In this document: piece by piece, positions 9,593 to 18,274 of the stretch
Layout of the letters: each line of letters starts with the position of its first letter
Numbering within the stretch: position 1 is the first letter of the stretch
NCBI GenBank assembly: GCA_903837445.1
Contig: CAILUR010000076.1
Span: 1 to 39,352, forward strand
Source of the DNA: an uncultured bacterium
Lineage (GTDB): Bacteria > Oederibacteriota > PGYV01 > CAILUR01
DNA length: 39,352 nt
Reading direction: 5' to 3'
Translations under genes and position numbers: made by a program
Notes under the pieces: model-generated
What the model saw: the letters and a program-made list of their open reading frames with translations, nothing else
Databases searched by the model: none
Told to the model about the DNA's origin: nothing

Positions 9593-10201
9593 GTGAAAAA
9601 AAAAGCACGCAAGGTAGAACGCAAAGCGCAACTGATGAGAAGGACAAAAGAAACAGATATAAAACTTTTAATAGTCAATCTGGATGGGCAGGGCATATAC
9701 AGTATTAAAACCAATGAGCCATTTTTAAATCATATGTTAGAACAACTTTCCAGGCACAGCGGGATAGACATAGCGCTGGATGCTTTGGGAGATGTGGAAA
9801 TAGATTCGCATCACTTGGTAGAAGATGTCGGGATAGCTTTAGGTAGGGCGATAAATCAAGCATTGGGAGATAAAAAAGGGATAAAACGCTTTGGGTCGGC
9901 TGGAGTGCTGGACGAAGCGCTTGTCAGGGTAGTGGTGGATTTTTCAGGCAGGACTTACTGTGATGTAAATCTGGACCTCGAGACAAAAAGAATCGGGTCT
10001 TTTGATACGGAACTGGTGGAAGAATTTTTTAATGGTTTTGCCAGAGGCGCAGTGCTTACTTTGCATGTGGATAAACTCAAAGGTAAAAATACGCATCACA
10101 CTATAGAAGCGGCTTTCAAAGGGTTGGCAATAGCGCTCAGAGATGCGATAGCGGTTATAGGCAAAAGACTGCCGAGCACGAAGGAAGTTATAGAAAAATG
10201 A
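9593..10201 (+). CDS. hisB: imidazoleglycerol-phosphate dehydratase
   Basis: Motifs RRTKETDI, DxHHxxED, NTHHxIEAxFK. The GTG at 9593 directly abuts the hisC stop. An ATG at 9635 (MRRTKETD) is an alternative start. Confidence 0.9.
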   Translation: MKKKARKVERKAQLMRRTKETDIKLLIVNLDGQGIYSIKTNEPFLNHMLEQLSRHSGIDIALDALGDVEIDSHHLVEDVGIALGRAINQALGDKKGIKRFGSAGVLDEALVRVVVDFSGRTYCDVNLDLETKRIGSFDTELVEEFFNGFARGAVLTLHVDKLKGKNTHHTIEAAFKGLAIALRDAIAVIGKRLPSTKEVIEK

Positions 10202-10821
10202 AGAAGTTGGTAATAATAGATTATGGAATGGGAAATCTGCATAGCGTCATAAAGGCCCTGCAGAAAATGAAAATCCCAGCGGTCTTGTCTGATAAAGCAG
10301 AGGTAATAAAAGCGGCAACAGGAATTATTCTTCCTGGGGTAGGCGCTTTTGCGGATGCCATAAAAGAAATAAGAAAACGCGGGTTATATAATATAATAAG
10401 AAAGGAAGCCCTCGCAGGAAAACCCATTTTAGGAGTGTGTTTGGGGCATCAGTTGTTGTTTTCACATAGTGAAGAGTTTGGCGCTACAAAAGGACTTGAT
10501 CTTATAAATGGTAGAGTGATTAAGTTCAAAACAGACCTGAAAGTGCCCCATATGGGCTGGAATAATGCAAAAACAGTAAACCAAAAAAGCACATTATTAA
10601 AAGGGATAAAAGACAATAGATTTTATTATTTTGTTCACTCGTTTTACGCTGTGCCTGTGGAAAAAAAAGTGATATTAACAGAGACTCAATACGGAGATAT
10701 TCGGTTTGTTTCGGCGGTGGAAAAAGAAAATATTTTTGGAGTACAATTTCACCCTGAAAAAAGCGGAGAACCGGCATTAAAAATTTATAAAAATTTTTGG
10801 AAAGTGTGTAGTAAAAAATAA
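10198..10821 (+). CDS. hisH: imidazole glycerol phosphate synthase, glutamine amidotransferase subunit
   Basis: 207 aa. Motifs GVGAF, GVCLGHQLLF, FHPEKS. ATGA overlap with hisB. Confidence 0.94.
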   Translation: MKKLVIIDYGMGNLHSVIKALQKMKIPAVLSDKAEVIKAATGIILPGVGAFADAIKEIRKRGLYNIIRKEALAGKPILGVCLGHQLLFSHSEEFGATKGLDLINGRVIKFKTDLKVPHMGWNNAKTVNQKSTLLKGIKDNRFYYFVHSFYAVPVEKKVILTETQYGDIRFVSAVEKENIFGVQFHPEKSGEPALKIYKNFWKVCSKK

Positions 10822-10835
10822 AAAAATATTTTCAT

Positions 10836-10852
10836 TCGGTGAAATTCACCGA
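10836..10852 (+). promoter_or_regulatory. short intercistronic hairpin between hisH and hisA
   Basis: TCGGTGA-AAT-TCACCGA, a 7-bp perfect stem with a 3-nt loop. No U-tract follows. Confidence 0.3.
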
Positions 10853-10874
10853 CATATATTCATAAGGAGTTTTT

Positions 10875-11609
10875 ATGCAGATAATACCAGCAATAGATAT
10901 AAGGCGTGGAAAATGCGTTCGTTTAATCAGAGGCGATGTGCGGGATGAAACCGTTTATTCGGATGAGCCAGGAGATATAGCGAAGCTGTGGCAGATACAG
11001 GGCGCAAAACTTATTCATGTTGTGGATTTGGATGGCGCCCTTACTGGCAAGCCGAAAAATATGCCGCTCATCCTGAAAATTATGAAGTCCCTGCGAATAA
11101 AAATAGAAGTAGGCGGAGGCCTGCGGGACGAGGATGATATTAAAAAATATATTAATGCGGATGTAAAACGCGTCATTCTTTCCACTTCAATTATTGCCTC
11201 TGAAGAGTTCTTGGAAAAAATGATTGATAAGTATAAAGATAAAATAGTGATAGGCGTAGATGCAAAAAAAGATAAGGTGGCGGCAAAAGGTTGGAAGGAT
11301 GTCACAGGTATAGATGTGATTGATTTTATAAAAAAACTTGAAAGTAAAGGCGTAAAAAGAATAATCTATACGGACATTAACACGGACGGAGTGCTCAAAG
11401 GGCCTAATTTCAAAGGAATAAAAAATATTTTGAGAAATACAAATATGAAAGTAATAGTATCGGGCGGAATGGCAAAACTCAAACATGTAGACCAGCTTAT
11501 GGGAATAGACAAACATTACGGAAATATAGAAGGCGTCATTATTGGAAAAGCGCTCTACACAGGGGACATAGAATTGAAAGAAGCCATTAAAGCGGCCAAG
11601 GACGAGTAG
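10875..11609 (+). CDS. hisA: ProFAR isomerase (HisA)
   Basis: 244 aa. [18 protein letters not shown]-terminus and (beta/alpha)8 HisA/F family pattern. RBS AAGGAG. Confidence 0.93.
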   Translation: MQIIPAIDIRRGKCVRLIRGDVRDETVYSDEPGDIAKLWQIQGAKLIHVVDLDGALTGKPKNMPLILKIMKSLRIKIEVGGGLRDEDDIKKYINADVKRVILSTSIIASEEFLEKMIDKYKDKIVIGVDAKKDKVAAKGWKDVTGIDVIDFIKKLESKGVKRIIYTDINTDGVLKGPNFKGIKNILRNTNMKVIVSGGMAKLKHVDQLMGIDKHYGNIEGVIIGKALYTGDIELKEAIKAAKDE

Positions 11610-11613
11610 AATA

Positions 11614-12372
11614 ATGCTGACCAAACGCATAATTCCTTGTCTGGATGTCAATCAAGGCAGAGTGGTAAAAGGAATTAAGTTTCTAAATTTAATTGATGCT
11701 GGCGATCCAGTCGAAGCCGCAGTCAGATATAATAATGCTGGAGCAGACGAGATAGTTTTCCTTGACATTACCGCCTCTCACGAAAAACGCAAAACCATAG
11801 TAGAGGTAGTCCGTCGGACAGCCGAGCAAGTATTTATTCCGCTGACAGTAGGTGGCGGGATAAGGACAGTTTCAGATATGGAAGAAATTTTGCGCAGTGG
11901 CGCTGATAAAATTTCAATAAATACTGCGGCAGTTACTAATCCAGAACTTATCAGGGAAGGTGCAAAAAAGTTTGGCAGTCAGTGTATAGTAGTGGCGATA
12001 GACGCTAAACATTCGGGAAAAGGAAAATGGAATGTCTACATTCACGGCGGCAGGACAGATACTGGGCTGGATGCAGTAAAATGGGCAAAAAAGGCCTATG
12101 CCCTCGGCGCAGGAGAAATTTTGTTGACCAGTATGGACGCAGATGGCACAAAAGCTGGATATGATTTAGGACTCACAAGGGCGATATCAAAAGCAGTGAA
12201 AATCCCCGTGATTGCTTCTGGCGGGGCAGGTGGCCCTGAGCATATGGTGGAAGTTTTAAAAAAAGGCAAAGCCGATGCAGTATTGGCGGCATCTATATTT
12301 CACTACAAACATTATACTGTTCGGACGGTAAAAGAATATCTGCACCGGCACGGTATTCCCATTAGATTATAA
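11614..12372 (+). CDS. hisF: imidazole glycerol phosphate synthase cyclase subunit
   Basis: 252 aa. Motifs [26 protein letters not shown]. Confidence 0.95.
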   Translation: MLTKRIIPCLDVNQGRVVKGIKFLNLIDAGDPVEAAVRYNNAGADEIVFLDITASHEKRKTIVEVVRRTAEQVFIPLTVGGGIRTVSDMEEILRSGADKISINTAAVTNPELIREGAKKFGSQCIVVAIDAKHSGKGKWNVYIHGGRTDTGLDAVKWAKKAYALGAGEILLTSMDADGTKAGYDLGLTRAISKAVKIPVIASGGAGGPEHMVEVLKKGKADAVLAASIFHYKHYTVRTVKEYLHRHGIPIRL

Positions 12373-12424
12373 AGTGTTTTTTATTTAAAATATAATAATT
12401 TTTAAAACAAGCGGAGGTCAGTTT

Positions 12425-12820
12425 ATGAAATTTGATATGGAAAAAGTAAAGTTTGACGCAAACGGACTTATGGCCGCTATTGCACAGGATGAAAAGACCG
12501 GTGAGATTCTTATGCTGGCTTGGATGAATAAAGAAGCGCTGGAAAAAACTCTGGCGACACGAAAGGCACATTATTACTCGCGGTCCAGAAAAAAACTCTG
12601 GTTCAAAGGCGAGGAGTCGGGAAATGTGCAGGAAGTAAAAAGTATTTACATTGACTGCGATATGGATGCTATACTTATGAAAGTGGAACAAATCGGCGGA
12701 GCAGCCTGTCATACTGGTTTTAAATCTTGTTTTTTTACTGAAATAGAAACGACTGGCGAAATGAAAACTCTGGGGGAAAAAGTCTTTGACCCAGATAAGG
12801 TTTATAAAAAAGGAAAATAA
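12425..12820 (+). CDS. hisI: phosphoribosyl-AMP cyclohydrolase (monofunctional HisI; no HisE domain)
   Basis: 131 aa. Motifs AIAQD, MLAWMN, SRSRxKLWxKGExSG, CDxDA, CHTGxxSCF. Too short to include the PRA-PH (HisE) domain. Confidence 0.9.
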   Translation: MKFDMEKVKFDANGLMAAIAQDEKTGEILMLAWMNKEALEKTLATRKAHYYSRSRKKLWFKGEESGNVQEVKSIYIDCDMDAILMKVEQIGGAACHTGFKSCFFTEIETTGEMKTLGEKVFDPDKVYKKGK

Positions 12821-14301
12821 TGCTTAACCTCAATTTAAAAGAAGTACTGCAACTTTCAAGAAAATACAATGTGATTCCGGTATTCGCACAGACCTCCGCG
12901 GATATGGAAACACCTCTATCGGCGTATATGAAAATAGATAATCCAGAGTATTCTTTTCTTTTGGAAAGTGTGGAAGGCGGAGAAAATACCGCCCGCTATT
13001 CTTTTTTGGGAAGAGAACCCTATGAAATTTTTGCGTATGCTAACGGAAATGTGTTTAGAGAGAGTAAAGGAAAAAAAATAAAATACGCTTCACAAGATCC
13101 CCTCGGAGAACTGCGTAAAATTTTCACAGAGTTTAAAGTGGCGCCGGTGGCAGGTCTGCCACGGTTTCACGGTGGTGCAATAGGCTATATGGGCTATGAT
13201 GCGGTAAAACTTTATGAAAAAATACCAGCGTATCCTAAAAAAGACCTACTGGGCTGGCCGGATATATTTTATATGTTCACTGATATCCTTTTGGTCTTTG
13301 ATCATGTGTATCATAATATAAAAGCGGTATGCAATATTTTTATTGAAACAGGGGACACTGCCGCAAAGATAAAAACCAAATATGAAAAAGCAGTTTCAAA
13401 AATTAACTTAATTCTTAAAGATGTGGACTCGCCGTTGGAGACCAAACACCTCAAAAAACACAAAGGCAAGATAAAAATAAAAGAGGTCACTGGAAAAAAT
13501 AAATATAAAGAAATGGTGGCTTTTGCAGTCAAAGAGATAAAAAATGGAGAAGCTATTCAGGTGGTGCCGTCTCAACGGTTTACCATTGACTATAACGGCG
13601 ACCCGCTAAATATATATCGCGCCCTCAGGACCATAAACCCCTCACCATATATGCATTTTATACGCTTTGGCGACAACCGTATTATCGGCGCTTCCCCAGA
13701 GGTAATGGTCCGTTATGAAAATGGAGAGATTTACTTGCGACCGATTGCAGGCACCAGGCCGAGAGGAAAGAGTGCAGCGGAAGATACTGCGCTGGAACTG
13801 GAACTTTTGGCGGATGTGAAAGAACGCGCCGAGCATGTGATGCTTGTGGATTTGGCGCGAAATGATATTGGCAAAGTGGCAAAAGTAGGGTCGGTAAAAG
13901 TTAAAGATTTTATGACTGTAGAAAAATATTCCCATGTAATGCATATAGTGTCGGGTGTGACCGGTAAAATAAAACCTGGCTTGGATGGCTTTGATGTTTT
14001 TAAAAGTACTTTTCCTGCAGGCACGGTAAGTGGCGCCCCAAAAGTACGGGCTATGCAAATGATAGAACAAATGGAAACAATAAAAAGAGGACTTTATGCC
14101 GGAGCTGTAGGTTATATAAGTTTTTCAGGAAATATTGATTCGTGTATTTCCATAAGAACGGCATATTATTGCAAAGGCAAAGTGCATATACAGGCGGGAG
14201 CGGGCATAGTGGCGGATTCCAATCCAGAGTTTGAATACAAAGAAAGTATGAACAAAGCAATGGCTATGATGAAAGCGGTTAAAACCGCTTCGGAGGAGTA
14301 G
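12820..14301 (+). CDS. trpE: anthranilate synthase component I (TrpE-type chorismate-utilising enzyme; PabB not fully excluded)
   Basis: 493 aa. LLESVEGGENTARYSFLG (TrpE-like feedback-site motif), PIAGTRPRG (Ala rather than the PabB Lys), LVDLARND, FPAGTVSGAPK, GAGIVADS. Start overlaps the hisI stop (TAATG). Confidence 0.78.
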   Translation: MLNLNLKEVLQLSRKYNVIPVFAQTSADMETPLSAYMKIDNPEYSFLLESVEGGENTARYSFLGREPYEIFAYANGNVFRESKGKKIKYASQDPLGELRKIFTEFKVAPVAGLPRFHGGAIGYMGYDAVKLYEKIPAYPKKDLLGWPDIFYMFTDILLVFDHVYHNIKAVCNIFIETGDTAAKIKTKYEKAVSKINLILKDVDSPLETKHLKKHKGKIKIKEVTGKNKYKEMVAFAVKEIKNGEAIQVVPSQRFTIDYNGDPLNIYRALRTINPSPYMHFIRFGDNRIIGASPEVMVRYENGEIYLRPIAGTRPRGKSAAEDTALELELLADVKERAEHVMLVDLARNDIGKVAKVGSVKVKDFMTVEKYSHVMHIVSGVTGKIKPGLDGFDVFKSTFPAGTVSGAPKVRAMQMIEQMETIKRGLYAGAVGYISFSGNIDSCISIRTAYYCKGKVHIQAGAGIVADSNPEFEYKESMNKAMAMMKAVKTASEE

Positions 14302-14302
14302 T

Positions 14303-14872
14303 ATGATTCTGGTAATAGATAATTACGACTCATTTACTTATAACATAGTGCAGTATCTGGGCGAACTTACCAAAGATATTAAAGTGGTAAAAAATGATGA
14401 GATCACTATAGCGCAGATTAAAAAAATGCAACCTGACCATATCCTTATATCTCCGGGACCGTCGTGGCCGAAAAATGCTGGGATTTCAAAAAAAGTAATC
14501 TTGGAGTTTATAAAAGATAAACCTATGCTCGGCGTGTGTCTCGGGCATCAGTGTATGATAGAAGCCCTTGGCGGAGTTATAAAAAAAAATAAAGTGATTA
14601 TGCACGGAAAGGTCTCTCAGATATATCACGATGGAAAAGGAATCTATAAAGGAATGAAAAATCCTTTTACTGCCACGAGATATCATTCTTTAGTGGGCGA
14701 AAAAAAGACCCTCCCAAAAGAACTTGTAATCAGCGCGTGGACAAAACAGGGCGAGATAATGGGAGTCCGGCATAAAAAGTATAATATGGAAGGCGTGCAG
14801 TATCATCCTGAATCAATCTTGACTGAAAATGGGATTTTGCTTTTAAAAAACTTTTTAGCAATAAGAGGCTAA
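14303..14872 (+). CDS. trpG: anthranilate synthase component II / aminodeoxychorismate synthase glutamine amidotransferase
   Basis: 189 aa. Motifs ILVIDNYDSFTYN, GVCLGHQ, VQYHPES. Confidence 0.85.
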   Translation: MILVIDNYDSFTYNIVQYLGELTKDIKVVKNDEITIAQIKKMQPDHILISPGPSWPKNAGISKKVILEFIKDKPMLGVCLGHQCMIEALGGVIKKNKVIMHGKVSQIYHDGKGIYKGMKNPFTATRYHSLVGEKKTLPKELVISAWTKQGEIMGVRHKKYNMEGVQYHPESILTENGILLLKNFLAIRG

Positions 14873-14873
14873 A

Positions 14874-16460
14874 ATGCCAATATTCATAATGCTTTTGCTT
14901 TTAATAAGTCCGGGAGTTTTCGCAGCCCCTGTCACACAGGAGGGCACGAAACTACCGCAGAGCTATACTGCAGTTACACCACCAGCAGTGATAGCCACGA
15001 TACCTGAGAAAAACATCGCCCCAGTTACTGACACAGCGAGTACTATTTTCATAGTGGCATTGACAGTCACGGCTGAGGCCACTTCTACCACCATTCCAGC
15101 ACAAGTGACTTTTACAACACAAGCGGATTACACCCCAAAAGATTTTAAAGTGGTAATGAGTGACAAGGCGATAAAACTCAACTGGAAAAAAGAAGACCTT
15201 GAACTTATTTATTATAATGTGTACCGCAGGATAGAAAAAGCTCCGTATAAAATTATCGGAGAACTTTTGCCGATAGTAGAATATATAGATTCAAATATAA
15301 ATACCGGAACAGGCTATTCTTACAAGGTGGAAGGCGTAGATAAACAAGGACAAATGTATATGTCCAAATCTGAAAATATAAAAACTGCTGAACTATTACC
15401 TCCAATGCAGCCAGAAGATTTTAGGGCACTTCAAGATGTGCAGGCAGTCCTTTTAAAGTGGACGCAAGCGGTTAAAGGCACAGGAGATATTTCAGGGTAC
15501 AATGTGTATAGGGGAAAAAGTATTAATGAAATGACGCTGGTAAAGTTTATCCCTCTAAAGCAAGGCAATACAATGGCGTATGAAGATATGGATGGAATAG
15601 AATATGGAGTAAAATATTATTATAAATTAAAAGCGGTGGACACCACAGGCCTTGAATCAAAAGCTCCGCCAGTAGTGGGAGCGACTCCTCTGCCAGCTCC
15701 GAGAACAGGCCTAGTACTTATGCCCTCGGCATTTAGAAATGATATTTCAAATAATTATGGACTTAATGTGGACATAATGTTCGCGTATTTTATTGGGTCA
15801 ATGTACGGCCAGCATAATATCACCACTGCGGATGCGGTGGGGGACGCTATAGTAGATAAAGGGAACGATGCTATGGGGAAACTCGGCGTATGGCTTTTGA
15901 CTGGAGATGCGAAATGGACATTTTTTAATGAGGGCGATACAATGCCTTCGTTTGGCGCTGGGTATATGTACACGATATTGCTACAGGACTCCATAGGTGC
16001 AGGTGGAAGCTCGCAGACCACTGGTGGCTCGGCTTCTTTTTCTTTAGGAACTAAAGATTCTTTTAAATCTATGCAGGGGTTTTATTTTGTAATGAGTAAA
16101 AATGTCATTTGGGATTTTACACTTCACGGCGGCTACCTTGTCGGAAACCAATTGGCTTTTATGCCTTATTTATCAACCTATTTATATGATTACTTTCCCA
16201 CAGGTAGCGAAAAATTGACAAAAGATAAAATCTTAGACAAAGGCATATATGCGGGGATAAGCCGGCCGCTTTTTGGAAGGACTGGTATTAGGGTAGAATA
16301 TATTACCACGGTAGGCGCAAGCAGGTCACCCTACATAATTAACACGCATATAGATCACTTTATTAACTTTGATGTGTCTTATTTTAAATTTAATGGTGGG
16401 TATGCGTGGCTCGGGTATATTAATTTTAGGTTTACAGTTTTTCCTAATCCTTACAAATAA
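14874..16460 (+). CDS. hypothetical secreted protein with a signal peptide, a Thr/Ala/Pro-rich linker, two fibronectin type III-like repeats and a ~260-aa aromatic-rich C-terminal domain (possible outer-membrane beta-barrel)
   Basis: MPIFIMLLLLISPGVFA-AP signal peptide. Two repeats with an FN3-like pattern (P.DF...L.W....YNVYR....Y.YK..AVD..G..S). C-terminus ends in alternating aromatic strands (YINFRFTVF). RBS AAGAGG. Starts 1 nt after the trpG stop. Confidence 0.75.
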   Translation: MPIFIMLLLLISPGVFAAPVTQEGTKLPQSYTAVTPPAVIATIPEKNIAPVTDTASTIFIVALTVTAEATSTTIPAQVTFTTQADYTPKDFKVVMSDKAIKLNWKKEDLELIYYNVYRRIEKAPYKIIGELLPIVEYIDSNINTGTGYSYKVEGVDKQGQMYMSKSENIKTAELLPPMQPEDFRALQDVQAVLLKWTQAVKGTGDISGYNVYRGKSINEMTLVKFIPLKQGNTMAYEDMDGIEYGVKYYYKLKAVDTTGLESKAPPVVGATPLPAPRTGLVLMPSAFRNDISNNYGLNVDIMFAYFIGSMYGQHNITTADAVGDAIVDKGNDAMGKLGVWLLTGDAKWTFFNEGDTMPSFGAGYMYTILLQDSIGAGGSSQTTGGSASFSLGTKDSFKSMQGFYFVMSKNVIWDFTLHGGYLVGNQLAFMPYLSTYLYDYFPTGSEKLTKDKILDKGIYAGISRPLFGRTGIRVEYITTVGASRSPYIINTHIDHFINFDVSYFKFNGGYAWLGYINFRFTVFPNPYK

Positions 16461-16502
16461 GTTCGTAATTTTTAGCAGAAATAAAAAAAATCCCATCAAA
16501 AC

Positions 16503-17021
16503 CTAACCGATTATTTTTTTTATGCCGTTCAAATAATTAATTACTGGTAATCTGGTAAGAAAAGCGGCATAGCCCTCTATATATGGAAAAATAGCTGAGG
16601 CCTTAAAATCCGCTTTGATATCGGTTTTGGAAGCCCCGACTTTTATAACAGAGATTTTATCTGATGCCATATAAAACGAGTTTAATAAAAGCACGAGCAG
16701 AGTCATACAGACAGTCCCACCGATAAATTTATCCACAGCGGTTAAGGCGAAAACATCTGCCAAGCGTGCGAGAATTATTCCAGCGGTTACCACGACGCCT
16801 GCCCCCAACACAAAAAGAAAAGAATAGGCGATTAACTTGCGGTTCATATCGTTTTTTATAAAGCTAAAAGTCTTAGCCAGTCCCTCATAGCCCATAGTAC
16901 CAGCCAAAGCCCCCAATATAAAAGCCAATGGAATTATAATAATATATATACCGCGTAATTTCCAACCAATGATAAAAGATAGGCAGAGCAGGACAATGAG
17001 AATGATATCTATGTAGTTCAT
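16503..17021 (-). CDS. cvpA: CvpA-family integral membrane protein
   Basis: ATG at 17021 is preceded by GGGAGG with a 6-nt spacer. MNYIDIILIVLLCLSFIIGWKLRG is a typical CvpA N-terminus, followed by 3-4 further TM helices. The ORF-track start at 17132 adds 37 non-family residues. Confidence 0.8.
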   Translation of the reverse strand: MNYIDIILIVLLCLSFIIGWKLRGIYIIIIPLAFILGALAGTMGYEGLAKTFSFIKNDMNRKLIAYSFLFVLGAGVVVTAGIILARLADVFALTAVDKFIGGTVCMTLLVLLLNSFYMASDKISVIKVGASKTDIKADFKASAIFPYIEGYAAFLTRLPVINYLNGIKKIIG

Positions 17022-17119
17022 AACAGACCTCCCAATAAAGGTAATTTTATAAATATTAGCATAAAAGCGCGGAAAAATAAATATGAAAAGCCGCCTTGAC
17101 AATATGGATTTTTCTTTAT

Positions 17120-17146
17120 TTGACAAAATCAAACAGGTGTGATAAT
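17120..17146 (+). promoter_or_regulatory. promoter candidate for the pur operon (TTGACA plus extended -10 TGTGATAAT)
   Basis: TTGACA 17120-17125 and TGTGATAAT 17138-17146 (15-nt spacer to GATAAT, or 17 nt to TAATTT). A second TTGACAA lies 24 nt upstream (17096-17102). Confidence 0.4.
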
Positions 17147-17210
17147 TTAATAATCTAAGTATGAAAAGAGATTTACAGAAAACAAAGTAATTTAAACCCT
17201 GTAAGATACT

Positions 17211-17273
17211 CGGCAGTGCCTGCCGTGAAAAGTTTTAAAATCTAAAAAATGTTTTCACCGGGGAAACCCGTGG
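17211..17273 (+). promoter_or_regulatory. structured 5' leader of purS with two GC-rich hairpins; class unassigned
   Basis: CGGCAG-TGC-CTGCCG (17211-17225) is followed by an A/T-rich run. CGGG-GAAA-CCCG has flanking pairs (17255-17273) and sits about 20 nt before the RBS AGAGGTGG. Confidence 0.35.
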
Positions 17274-17301
17274 ATAACTTATTTCTTTTAAGAGGTGGAA
17301 A

Positions 17302-17544
17302 ATGCCTAAAGCCAAGATTTATGTGACCTTCAAGGACGGAGTTCTGGACCCACAGGGGACTACGGTAAAAAGAGCACTGGACAAAATGGGCTACAAGAAT
17401 ATAGAAGAGGTAATGATAGGCAAGTATATAGAAGTGCAGATAAAAGGTACCGATAAAAAACAAATAGAAAAAGAAATAGACGAAATCTGCGACAAACTCC
17501 TGGCAAATCCCAACATAGAAAAATATACTTTTAAAGTGGAGTAA
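17302..17544 (+). CDS. purS: phosphoribosylformylglycinamidine synthase subunit PurS
   Basis: 80 aa. PurS-like sequence (VxxKxGVLDPQGxxVxxAL). Immediately precedes purQ and purL. Confidence 0.92.
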   Translation: MPKAKIYVTFKDGVLDPQGTTVKRALDKMGYKNIEEVMIGKYIEVQIKGTDKKQIEKEIDEICDKLLANPNIEKYTFKVE

Positions 17545-17547
17545 ATA

Positions 17548-18240
17548 ATGAAATTTGGAATAATAGTTTTCCCGGGCTCAAACTGCGACCGCGATTGTCT
17601 GTGGGCTGTGGAAGAAATGAAACAAAAGGGCGAATTTGTATGGCACGACTCAAAAAGCGTGGCAAACTATGATGCCCTCATACTTCCAGGAGGGTTTTCC
17701 TACGGCGACTATTTGCGGTCAGGGGCCATTGCCAGATTCGCCCGCGTGATGGATAGCGTCAAAACCTTCGCCGATAAAGGCAAACCTGTGATAGGAATAT
17801 GCAACGGCTTTCAAATTCTGCTTGAAGCAGGGTTATTACCAGGGGCTATGCTTACCAATAAAACCTTAAAGTTCATTTGTAAATATGTAAACTTATCAGT
17901 GGAAAATAATACCTCGCCTTTTACAAATAAATGTGAAAAAGGACAAATCTTACGAGTGCCTATTGCGCACAAAGAAGGAAATTATTTTTGTGATGACACA
18001 CTGCTCGAAACCTTACTGGCAAATAAACAGGTGGCATTTAGGTATTGTGATGAAAAAGGAAAAATAAATGCTGAAACAAATCCCAACGGCGCAGTATACA
18101 ACATAGCCGGCATAACAAATAAAAAAGGAAATGTTCTCGGGCTTATGCCACATCCTGAACGCGCTATGAAAGAAACTCTCGGCTCCACGGACGGCAAAAT
18201 AATATTTGAGTCGGTAATAAGCTATTTAAAAAAACGATAG
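17548..18240 (+). CDS. purQ: phosphoribosylformylglycinamidine synthase I (glutaminase subunit)
   Basis: 230 aa. Motifs FPGSNCDxD, PGGFSYGDYLR, GICNGFQ, MPHPER. Confidence 0.95.
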   Translation: MKFGIIVFPGSNCDRDCLWAVEEMKQKGEFVWHDSKSVANYDALILPGGFSYGDYLRSGAIARFARVMDSVKTFADKGKPVIGICNGFQILLEAGLLPGAMLTNKTLKFICKYVNLSVENNTSPFTNKCEKGQILRVPIAHKEGNYFCDDTLLETLLANKQVAFRYCDEKGKINAETNPNGAVYNIAGITNKKGNVLGLMPHPERAMKETLGSTDGKIIFESVISYLKKR

Positions 18241-18274
18241 GGCTTAATCCGAAACATTTTTTTAAGGAGCAACA

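Noticed and set aside
10836-10852. GGTGAAATTCACC palindrome as a binding site for the Rex encoded at 30413, or for a CRP/FNR-type regulator
   Set aside because: The half-sites GTGAA/TTCAC are separated by 1 nt, not the ~4 nt (Rex) or 6 nt (CRP/FNR) of known operators. The site also lies inside the his operon between hisH and hisA, so an RNA hairpin is the more likely reading.
16461-16502. Bidirectional terminator expected between the convergent FN3 gene and cvpA
   Set aside because: Only an A8/T8 run is present in the 42-nt gap, with no stable hairpin, so I cannot support a terminator call from sequence.
17147-17301. Purine or ZTP (pfl) riboswitch upstream of purS
   Set aside because: I could not find the conserved cores by eye: for purine, UAUAAU...GGAUAUGG...CCGUAAA...GACUAUG; for ZTP, ACUGGCG plus the 3' CCGCCUGGGC. 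ACTCGGCAG and CACCGGGGA are only vague resemblances. It is left as an unassigned leader pending cmscan.
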